Source of the DNA: the human T2T-CHM13v2.0 reference genome, Homo sapiens
Strand: one strand, 5' to 3'
NCBI RefSeq assembly: GCF_009914755.1
Contig: NC_060930.1
Length of the DNA: 64,000 nucleotides
Positions 24,587 through 37,929 of this stretch are shown in pieces; position 1 is the first letter of the stretch; each line of letters opens with the position of its first letter. The position numbers and the translations under genes were made by a program. The notes under the pieces were generated by a model. The model saw only the letters and a program-made list of their open reading frames with translations. It did no database searches and had not been told where the DNA came from.

Positions 24587-25044
24587 TGTATTAATTTCCT
24601 ATGGATGCCGTAACAAAGGACCACAAACTAGATGGCTTAAACAACAGAAATTTGTCTCATAGTTTTGATGGCTAGAAGTCTGTGATTAGGGTGTCAGCAG
24701 GGTTCGTTCCTTCTGATGACTGAGTAACAATTTGTTCCATGCCTCTCACCTAGCTTCTGGTGGTTTGCTGGCAATCTTTGGAGTTCCTTGGCTTATAGAA
24801 CATTACCCTAATATCTGACTTCATCTTCACGTGGCATATTCCCTATGTGCTTGTCTGTGGTCAGATTTTCTGTTTTTATATGGACCCTAATCATACTCGA
24901 TTAGGGACCTCCCCTACTCCAGTATGACCTCATTTAATTTTGCATCTGTAACAACCCTATATCCAAATAAGGTCATATTCTGAGCTACTGATGGTTAGGA
25001 CTTCAACCTATGAATTTGGAGGGGGACACAGTTCCACCCATAAC
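24587..25044 (-). mobile_element. MLT1C-like MaLR solo LTR
   Basis: tgtattaatttcctatggatgccgtaacaaa..ccacaaact ... gggggacacagttccacccataaca. Confidence 0.8.
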
Positions 25045-25584
25045 AGACACAATTAGAGTGTGAAATTTTCAGTGGCAAAGGGTATGGAAACTTCCAGCAG
25101 GTGATGACGTAGTTTATATTGAGACATAACAGGTGTTCAGCTCCCCAAAGTTCCTCAGAGACCTACAAATGTGAATGGTACCAGCAATCTGGAATGAGGA
25201 TTCTGGCAGGTGCAAAAAGATCCTTTTGACATTTTATAGGGTTTTTGCCACCCTCTTTATCCTTCCTTCATGCTCCCTATCTGTTTACCAGCTGCAAGTA
25301 ACTGGTACAAAATGACTTCCCCATTGTGCCTGAGTGTTTTCTGCTAGATAGGGTGAAGTCAAGATTAATTTCCCAAGAACACCTTTCAGCTGGCCCAGGC
25401 TGCAGGCATGCCTGAGTTCTGTTTCTGCACTAGGAAACCACTTTAGAAAACTTGATTATGTGAACCCTTCATATCCTAGTGATATTAGATAATTGAGGCA
25501 TTATTAGAATACAGTTAGACTTTATTATTCATATGATGTATTGATGGGGACAAGGGACTGGATTGCTGTGTTTGAAAAGTGATA

Positions 25585-25812
25585 CAGGTTGAGTATCCCT
25601 TATCCAAAATGCTTGGGATCAGAAGTATTTTGAATTTGGGATTTTTTCAAATTTTGGAATATTTGCATTATATACTTACTGGTTGAGCATCCCAAATCCA
25701 AAGACCGGAAATTTAAAATGCTCCATTGAGTGTTTCTGTTAAATATATTGGAGCTCAAAAAGTTTCAGATTTTGGAGCATTTCAGATTTATGAATTTGGG
25801 ATACTTAACCTC
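25585..25812. mobile_element. Tigger4a/MER46A
   Basis: TA-caggttgagtatccc...gggatacttaacctc-TA terminal inverted repeats. Confidence 0.85.
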
Positions 25813-25894
25813 TACACTGCTCCCGGTTCCATATCCTCTGTAATGATTTGAATGTATAGCACCTCGTCTGGTAAGGTGGTTGAATTAATCATGG

Positions 25895-26201
25895 TTTGTT
25901 TTTTTTTTTTATAAAGGAGACAGGATCTCGCTTTGTCCCCTAGGCTGGAGTGCAGTGGCTTGATCTTGGCTCACAGCATCCTTGACCTCCTGAGCTCAAG
26001 TAATCCTCCTGCCTCACCCTCCTAAGTAGCTAGGATGACAAGTGTGCACCACCATGCCCAGCTATTTATTTTTTATATTTTTCTAGAGATAGGGTCTTGC
26101 TCTGTTGCCCAGGCTGGTCTTGAATTCCAGGTCTCAAGCAGTCCTCCTGCCTCAGCCTCCCAAAGTGCTGGGATTACAGGCATGAGCCACCATACCTGGC
26201 C
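25895..26201 (-). mobile_element. AluJ
   Basis: Full antisense Alu dimer with J diagnostics. Confidence 0.92.
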
Positions 26202-26966
26202 ATGAATTTTTTAGAGGTTTCTGCTGGGGAACATGTTCTACTCTATCTATAGTAAGATGTTTTCCCCTCTTTGTAGAAATAAGATGTGTCTTTTTTTAAA
26301 TCTTTTTACAGAGTTTGGTCTTTTATTTTATCAAGAAATACTCAGTTTAGACCCTGCTGATGGAGGAAGGATAAATTATTGTTAGCAGGCAGAGTGAAGC
26401 ACCTTAAGAGGGCTACAAAGTGTAAGTGATATCAGACTGTTGGAAGGGAGACACATGAGTTAGGAAAATCAGGGATGCTTTTGTGGTAGAGATAAGCCTT
26501 GAAGCAGTAGACAGGATTTCAATAGGAAATGAGGAAGTGCACTCAGGTGGAAGGAAAGGCCTGAACAAAGGTACAAACACAGGAAAGTTTGAGGTGTTCT
26601 GGAGCTTAGGTTAATTGTTGGAGAATTATAAGAAGGAAGGCTGGAAAGGTATGTTAGGTCAGATTGTGGACAACCTTGAAAGCCAGACTGGGAAATGTGT
26701 TCCTCATATAGATGGCAGTGTGTACTCTTGAAGGGATTTGAATGTGGGGACAGTGTTATAAGAGTATGCCTTGGAAAGATTAATCTGGTGGTAGGTGTGG
26801 TGAATTGAAATAGGGTAAGGAAAGCATTTATCTTCTTACAGAAGTTCGGATGATAACAGGAGGTGAACCAGGATGTTGACAAAGGTCATGGAATAATAGG
26901 ATGAATGTGAGACAAACAGATTACTGGTAACTTCTAGCACGATCCCAATGAAACTAAAATTACATG

Positions 26967-27279
26967 TGTAAGGGAAATGGCTGTGCTTTAGTCAGGAGTA
27001 GGCCGAGGTGGCCTGTATGCACAGCATGACTCAGCGGGTTTGGAGCGCAGGCACATAACCTCGCACATTATGTAACCATGTCATGTGAGCTCGTGCTTGG
27101 CTCTGAGTCACTATTGTCTGTAAAAAGTATAATTGCCCTGCTTACGCTGTACATACAGCTTGCTCACACCCAGTGAGAGAGTAAAGCCATGTTGAAACTG
27201 TCTGCGATTCCTCAAGTGTTTTTCCAGCTACCCTCCACTTGCCCACCCACTCCCCTCAGACCTCAGTTAGAACCTGACA
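26967..27279 (+). mobile_element. LTR18-family (ERVL) solo LTR
   Basis: TG...CA ends, perfect 5-bp TSD ACATG (26962-26966, 27280-27284); start tgtaagggaaatggctgtgctttagtcaggagtaggccgagg. Confidence 0.85.
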
Positions 27280-28599
27280 ACATGACTAAACAAAATTACC
27301 TTTTTCTTCACAGCTGTTCTAATTTAAAATATTACTGATAGCTTCTTAATGGGGGAATGTGTGTGCCAACTTTAGTCTTGAAGGTTAGAGATAGTGTTTG
27401 GACCCAAGTTTTCATCAAAACTGTGCCACAGGGAAGCATGGTATCATAGTGCCTTTTTTTTTTCCCTTTTTTAAAGTACTAATTCCTTCATTTTGTGACA
27501 ATTGCCCCATTTTTAGATTAGGTCTGAATTCAACTGATCACAATGTGGGAGACACAATCAGTTTCTTCAGGAAATCTTAGAAAATATACAATTTGGTATG
27601 GGTTTTTATGACTAATATTTTGGGGACTGTTTTCTTTTTTTGAATAAGTAGCAGCATTTCTGCTTCATGTTCAGGTGTGCCGAGCCTAGTCACATACCTT
27701 AAAATGATGGTATAAAAACAGCACTTGGCTGACAGTGGGATATAAAAAATGAGCATCAGTTTGGAATGATCTCTAAGACGTGTATCAAGTTCCTAATTTT
27801 TTCATTTAATTTTCACCATTTTCTGTAAAGTATGTAATTATTGTAATGCAGTAGTAGTTAATTGGAATGCTGAAGAAATCGGTTTGTAGGGGGATTACTG
27901 CTTTTTTAAAAAACTTGAATTTACCATTAATTCATGCTTTTATATTTTTCTCTCTTGTTTCTCCCTCTCTTTCTCAAGAACTAAAGATTTACAGATATGT
28001 AAAGTGTTGAGCAAGTAGCTAAATCACTCGTCTGAGAGTTCTTCTGTCAAGCCTAGATCAGACTGTTTTTACTGTAATATGATATGTTTTATTGTAGTAC
28101 AGTCAGTGTTAGTAATGATGCATTAAGTAGTGAAATCATCATTTGGGCAGCATGGTTCACCCTTTTATCTTAGTGAGGGTAAGGGAAGTGTGGCTTGATA
28201 CTCAATAACAGTCCATTTGAATAAATGGTATTTCAAAAAAAGTTGACTACAGCCAAAGGACTAGTGTCCCTGTTGCTAAAAATTTAGCAGATTAGGTTCT
28301 CCAAATGGTATTTTAATGGATTTTACTTATTTAGAAATGAACACATTTTGATTTCTCCTTATGCTGATTGTCATATACTAGTAAATTGAAGAGGCCTGCT
28401 TGATGCCACTGCAAAAGTGGCTTATAATGGGTCTGTATTTTTAATTTCATAACTATTTTTTAAAACTTGTGAAGTGGATCCTAAGAAGTAGTATTTAGTC
28501 CTGTTATATTTCCATTGCAGTTATTTAGATTTCTAGGTTCATTTACAACAGACCTTTTAAAATTTACTCATAGGAAGGTAGTGTAAATTTTTGTGAATA

Positions 28600-29620
28600 T
28601 AGTTGATCCTCATTATTCATGGACTTTATATTTGCAAGTTTACCTACTTGCTAAACTGCGTTCATAACCTCAAACTCAGTACTCACAGTGTCTGTTATTC
28701 ATTCAAAGACACACACAGAGCAGTGAAAAATATCTTTGTTGCCCAGCGTGCACATTCCTAGCTGAGGTTAGACAAGGCTATGTTCTGACTTCTTGTTTTA
28801 GTTCTTATACTGTAAAAAAGTGTCTTTTTGACCAGGCACAGTGGCTCACGCCTGTGATCCCAGCACTTTGGGAGGCCAAGGCAGGCGGATCACCTGAGGT
28901 CACGAGTTCGAGAACAACCTGCCCAACATGGCAAAACTCCAGCTCTACTAAAAATACAAAAAATTAGCTGGGCATAGTGGCACATATCCCAGCTACTCTG
29001 GAGGCTGAAGCAGGAGAATTGCTTGAACCCGGGAGTCAGAGGTTCCAGTCAGCCGAGATCACACCATTGCACTCCAGCCTGGGCGACAAGGGCATAACTT
29101 CGTCTCAAAAAAAAAAAAAGTGTCTGTTTTTGAGGTCTGTTTAGTGCCATAATTTTTACACTTTTGTGTTTTTGGTTGGTGTTTTTACTGTTTAAAATGG
29201 CCCCCAAGAATAGTGCTGAAGTGCTGTGGCAAGAAAGCTGTAGTATGCCTTATGGAGAAAATATATGTCAGATAGGTTTCATTCAGACATGAGTTATAGT
29301 GAGTTACAGCTGTTGTCTGTGAGTTCAATGTTCATGAATCAACAATATATATTAAAGAAGGTGTCTTTAAACAGCAACACACATTAAACAAGTTTATGTA
29401 TTGATTGGTTGACAAACATGTTGTCATTATAGGCTCATAGGAACCCAACTTTGTATTTTTTACTAGTAGCAATGGGTCAGTATTCGCTAATTCAGTGTTT
29501 GCAGCATACAGGAACCCAACTTTGTGTTTTTTCCAAGGAGCAATGGGTCAGTATTTACTAATTCAGTGTTTGCAGCAATTTTATGGAAATGATTGCTATG
29601 AACAAGGATAACCAACTATA
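28600..29620 (+). mobile_element. MER82 (Tigger family) interrupted by an Alu
   Basis: agttgatcctcattattc start, cctagctgaggt core; resumes after Alu TSD aaaaaagtgtct. Confidence 0.75.
28830..29119 (+). mobile_element. AluS (sense)
   Basis: Full dimer, poly-A, TSD AAAAAAGTGTCT. Confidence 0.93.
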
Positions 29621-30145
29621 TTTCTTTAGATTATCTTTTATTTATACTTCAGTAATGATAACGAAAGCTTTGTACTTTTTGGGTTAAATTCAGACCCACC
29701 AAAAATAGAGCTGATTTATCTAACCGTTTTTTTTTTTTTCCTAGGTTTCCTTAGCTCCTTGGTTCATTTCTGTTTTCAGAAACTGCAGTGTTATTTGTCC
29801 ATAGCAGGGAAATTTTTCTACCTGCTCTTTTAGGAGCAGTTTTTCAAATTTGGAACTAATGTTTTAATTTGTAATAGAACATATTAACCCAGTAATATAC
29901 TATCTAAATAATAATATATTATTATTACAGTTAGTTCAACCATTCTGTAGTTTACTTTGTGTACTATCATCATTACTTTCTTGGCAGATTTTTGAACAAC
30001 TCTCTTCTTCCATTTTCTTGTTTAGGTTAGATTAAAACCCACTGTATTTGTAACCTCAAACTCAGTACTCACAGTGCTTTTAGACATTCAAAGACACGCA
30101 GAGAGCAGTGAAAAAATCTTTGTTGCCCAACATGCAGGTTCCTAG

Positions 30146-30561
<416 letters not shown>

Positions 30562-32518
30562 TGTTCATTGAATTCTAACCTAACCCATAGATTTTTCAAG
30601 TTGCCTTATTTCACATGATTATGCAAATAATCTAGTCTTTGTCGATTGTATTAATTCCTGTCTTACTAACATCTAAGATTATTTGCTTTCTCTTACTTTT
30701 ACCCTGTCTTTATCTCCTAAATTGTCATTCACTCTTTTCCTTCTCCTCCTTTTTTTCACTTTTTCTCTCTCTGTACTTCTCTCCCATTCATTAAAAATTT
30801 AGTGGAGAGGAAAAACTGCTGATCTGAGGGCCTTATCTAACCCTCAGGTGTTCTGTTTGGTTGACACAGTGGTTTAGAAATTGCAGCCAACATTCTGAAA
30901 TTTTCTTTGTGGGAAAGTTTTTCTTTTTTATTACAAATTTAATTTTAAAAAAGGATATAGGGCTATTTAAATTTTCTCTTTACTTTTGTGTCAGTTTTAG
31001 TTGTGTTTTTCAATGAATTCATTAATTTTATCTCATTTAATATATTGGCATATAGTTATTTGTAATATTCCCTTTTTATTTCTTTAATGTCTTTAAGTTC
31101 TATGATATACCCTATATATCCTTTTTCATTCCTGGTGTTGCTAATTTTTTCTCTCTTTTTTTTCTTGATCAGTCTTACTAGAAGTTTATCAATTTTATTA
31201 ACATTTTGAATAAACTAATTTTGGTTTGTATTTTCTCTGTTGCTTCTTTTCTGTTACATTGTTTGTTGTTTCATTACTTGTTGTTTTCTATTTTGTTACT
31301 TTTATTAGTGATATAGCTAGTTTAAGATTTTTTTTCTTCAGCATTTGCATCCTTATATTTCTAGAGATAGTCTGCAGTAACTCTCATTATATTCCTGGTT
31401 ATTGCCTGAATTACTTGATAGTGGCAATTTTTACTCCTATTTATGGTTTGGCTGTTGCCATTATCTTTTTGCACATTCAGATGTATTACCCAGTCACATA
31501 ATTCTCAGGTTTAAATTAAAACCTCATATATAGTTAAATATTCTTTTTAGAAAGTGCTTCCTTTTTTTAAGTACCCTAGCAGGGTTATTGATGTGTCAGT
31601 TATATGCTATGTGCTAAGTGTTAATTTTCACAACAGACCAATGAGGTAGGTCCTCCATTTCACAGATTGAGGGTACTGAAGCTTAGAGAATCCGCATTTA
31701 CCAAATAAGAAAACTGAAGCTGATAAAATCTATTAGTGGGGAGTCATAGATGTAAATGATAGAAAACTATTTTGGCTTAAGCAGAAGCAAAAAGTTACTA
31801 AAAAGTTAGAGGTGAGGATTGATGCAGGGGCTCAGACCAAGTCCCCAGGACCTGCTTTCACATTATCTTTTGGTTTCCCTTCTGAGATCACTGTGTTTTA
31901 GGATTAACGCTAAGTTCATAGCCTGAAGATGATCACAGAAACTTCAACCCTAGTTATTTTCTAGTTCTGTTCTGTTTCTCTAATAGCTGAGATAAAGGTC
32001 TTAGATTTGACTTTGATTGTAACAGTTTTGATCAAGTTCCCATTGCTGGTACAGTAATTCTATTTCAGGGAAAACGGTATACTTACTCACTTAAACCTAG
32101 GTCACAAACTGCATCCTGTAGCCTAGTGTGGGACCAAACTGAAGCATATATGACAGGGAGTAGTTCCCTGAACAAAAAGTGATACTGTTGCTAGAAGGGA
32201 TTGGATGCTAGGGGAAAACATTAATGTCTACCACAGAGAGTCTGGTAACTTGCCAAAGGCATAGCTGATGAGAATGGAGCCACTGTTTCAATTTAGGCAG
32301 CCTTATTCTAAGCCTTTACACTTAAACTATAGACTGTGCTGCCTCCTGTTTTACTATATTCAGCTCTAAAGTTAATCATGCTTTAGCATTTGTGTGTGTT
32401 TCTCACTTTGAGTGACATAACATAAATTAATTAAGAAATTATCATGGGGTGTCTGTTACTTATAACTCTTCTCGTGTTAATTAACATTGCTAGTTAAGAA
32501 TCATATAGGGTATCCTTC

Positions 32519-32842
<324 letters not shown>

Positions 32843-33321
32843 TGATGAAACATAGTTTTTGCTTTTTCGTATGACTGTGTGTAGTTGTCGCTCATAAAAT
32901 ATAGAGAAGACAGGTTTTAAGTTTCCTTTGTTGGTTCATTCATTTAATGAATATTTCTCAAGGGTCTGCTATGCGTGTGCATTACACCAGGTTCTGGAGG
33001 GTAATACAAATTTAAAATAGAGATGGCTTGTGCTCTCATAGAATTGACAATCTGCTCGGGGAACAGAAAGTGTTAATCCAGTCTGTTAGGTGTTGTTAAG
33101 GAGGTGTGCTGTGCTGAGTGAAGATCGCAGAAGACTGAGCTGAGACCTGAAGGATACATGGGAGTTAACTAAGCAAGGAGAGGAATGGGAACATTATTCC
33201 AGGCTTCAGGAAAAAGCATGCAAAGGATGGGTGGTGTGTTTATGTGTGATTTCTTTGTGATAAAAGAAATTATGTACATGGGCAGGTGTTTACAGTGAAT
33301 ATAAGGAACTTGAAGTGGTAG

Positions 33322-33776
<455 letters not shown>

Positions 33777-33991
33777 TCAAAGACCTCATTCTTTCTCAGA
33801 CCTTTTTTTTTTTTCCCCCTAAGGCTAATCCCTTTATGTGTTCTTACCAGTCCTTTCCAGCCTTTTTTATCATGTTGGGCCATTGGTCGTCCTTTATTGT
33901 CTGACATCTTCAATTCTTGCCTTTCATTCTTCCAGCAGCTTCTTTCCTTCAGTCTCTTCATCTTTGAAAACCTGACTCTGACCCTCCCTGA

Positions 33992-34403
<412 letters not shown>

Positions 34404-34544
34404 GTCTTTATTCTTAAGTTTCAGGATATTAATGTACCACTTTTCTCCCTATATCCCTTGCATCTGGCAGAGGGCATAGCTCATGGTTAATATTCAGTAA
34501 ATGTTCTTTGAGGCATGTGTAGATTTTGATATGTGCAAAACTTT

Positions 34545-34680
34545 TTATTTTTTAATTAAAATTTTAATGTTTTTTTAGATACTGAGTCTCACTATGCTGC
34601 CTAGGCTGGACCCAAACTCCTGGGCTTAAGCGGTCCTCCTATATCAGCCTCCTGAGTAGCTAGGACTACAGGATGTGCAG
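34545..34680 (-). mobile_element. FLAM / Alu monomer
   Basis: Single diverged monomer gtctcactatgctgcctaggctgg...gctaggactacagg. Confidence 0.75.
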
Positions 34681-34704
34681 GACTTTTAAACCACATTATG
34701 GTAG

Positions 34705-35297
34705 TGTTACAGGACCACCACCACTTACCCAAAGGTAGCCATTGGGTCAGGATTTCTGCACTGTGGTCCCTTCTGTGGTTACAGGAAAGTGTTCCCGATC
34801 CAGACCCCAAGAGAGGGTCCTTGGGTCTTGTGCAAGAAAGAATTCAGGACAAGTCCACAGTGCAAAGTAAAAGCAAGTTTATTAAGAAAGTAAAGTAGTG
34901 AAAGTACAGCTACTCCATAGGACAGAGTAGGGTGTTCCTGAGAGTAAGAGGAGGAACGCATCCACCCTAGGTACAATGCTTGTATACATGTGGAGATGTG
35001 CTCTGCTACAAGGGTTTGTGATAAAGGATTAATTTTCTTAATTACTACATTTTGCAAGAATCAATATTATTATCTTTGAAGAAAAATTAGGAATGCCTTT
35101 GTTCTCCAGATATCAGGATATCTGGATACTCCCAAGTCTGGGTCTGTTTAGTGGATACTATTAATTTGTTCCCTTAACCACAAACATCTAGAGGCTAGGT
35201 ATGTCTGACTTTCTCGGAATTTAGCCTGGCAGGTCCCAGCCTCTTTTTCCTAGCCCTCTCTCAAAATGGAGTCGCTCTGGTTCGAACGCCTCTGACA
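34705..35297 (-). mobile_element. MER41-family (ERV1) solo LTR
   Basis: TG...CA ends, 4-bp TSD GTAG (34701-34704, 35298-35301); ccgatccagaccccaagagagg and atggagtcgctctggttcgaacgcctctgaca match MER41 ends. Confidence 0.85.
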
Positions 35298-36031
35298 GTA
35301 GGGATATTCTAATGTTATCACAAGATAGAACCCAGCTGAGGGACTTCCATGTTTCGTGTTTCCATATTGTTGGCTCCTGGAGTTGGGAAATATACTAGTT
35401 CCTTAATAAGAAACTTCGTTATTTCTGGACAGTTCTCTAATATAGATTCATGGTCTATCAATTCAAATGTGAGCAACAGCCTGATAGGTTTCATATGGTT
35501 TCTCTCCTTTGTATAGTTTTGTATTTTCTTTTGTAGACTTTGCACACTGTGGGGATTGGGTAAATATTGAAGATTTCTTAAGGGTCATTTTTGTCATTAA
35601 ATACTTTTTAATGAAGTATTTTATTTTGAAAAAAGTTTCAGACTTACAAAAAAGTTGCAAGTGTGATGCAGTGAATTCCATAAATTCTTCAACTGCCTGG
35701 ATTCATCCATTGTTGACATAGTTATCATTATATTTTAATGAAACCATTTTTTCTCCACTATTATTTTTTATACTTCTTTGCTTTTTTTTTTTTTAGCAGC
35801 TGCTCTAAGGGTTTATGATATACATTTCTAATGTATCAGTCTACTTTCAAATAATATACTATTTCACATATAGTATAATAACCTTTTAATAATATACTTC
35901 CATTTTCCTTTTCTGTGCCTTATGCTGTTGTTGTTATTCATTTTACTTCTATATAAGCTGAAAACCCCACAATATGTTACTATTTTTGCTTTATACAGTT
36001 ACTTATCTTTCAAAGAGATAAAGATAATTAA

Positions 36032-36413
<382 letters not shown>

Positions 36414-36632
36414 CTTTTAACATTTTTTTATAGTGCAGGTCTGTTGGCTATGAATTCCCTCACTTTTTTTCTGAAATGTCTTTATTTTGCCTTCATTTTA
36501 AAGATATATTGTCATTGAGCATACATTTCTAGATTGACAGTGTTCTTTTTTCCGTCAGTTTAAATATGTCACCCTATCGTCTAGTTTGCATAGATGAGAA
36601 CTCTACCATCATTCTTTTTTTCCCATAGTATG

Positions 36633-37049
36633 TGTCTTAGTTCATTTTATGTTGCTATAAAGGAATGCCTGAGGCTGGGTAATTTATAAAGACAAAAGGT
36701 TTATTTGACTCGTGATTCTTGATGGCTTGAAAGTTTAAAATTGGGCATCTGCATCTGGTGAGGGTCTCAAGGAGGAAGATGAAAGGGAGCTAGCGTGTAC
36801 AAAGATTACATGGTGAGAGAGGGGGAAGGGCAGGAGTGGGTGGGTGGGGGAGGATGTGCCAGGCTCCTTTTGACAATCGGCTTTCACAGAAACTAATAGA
36901 GTAAGAACTCACCCACAAAAGAGGGCATTAATGTTTTCAAGAGAGATCTACCCCGATGAACCAGACACCTCCCATTAGGCCTCACCTCCAACACTGGGGA
37001 TCAAATTTCAACATGAAGTTTGGAGGGGACAAATGTCTAAATCATAGCA
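36633..37049 (-). mobile_element. MST-family MaLR solo LTR
   Basis: tgtcttagttcattttatgttgctataaagga ... tttcaacatgaagtttggaggggacaaa. Confidence 0.8.
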
Positions 37050-37512
37050 GCGAGTAAGATTTCTTTTTTCTCTGACTGCCTTTAAGACTTTCTTTTAGGT
37101 TTTTAGCAGTTTGACTATGATATGGTTTTCCCTGTATTTTTCCTGCTTGGGGTTCTCCAAATTAATTTTGGGAAATTTTCAGCCATTATCTCTTCAAATA
37201 TTTCTTTTGCATCTTCCTCTGGGATTCCAGTTACAAACATGTTAGCCTATATTGTCCCAGGGCTCTTAGATGCAGCATTGTATTATCTCACTCTTTCCTC
37301 TTTTGTTTATGTTTGAATAATTTTTATTGCTCTTTCTTTAAGTTTGCAGAGTCTTTCCTCTATTTCCAGTCTGCCAATAAGCCCATTAAAGAAATTCTTC
37401 ATTCTAATATCATGTCTTTCAATTTGCTATTTCCTTTAGACTTTGTTTTATGGTTCCCATCTCTCTGCTGGAAATTTCTCATCTGTTAGATGTCATCCAC
37501 ATTTTCCACTAG

Positions 37513-37929
<417 letters not shown>

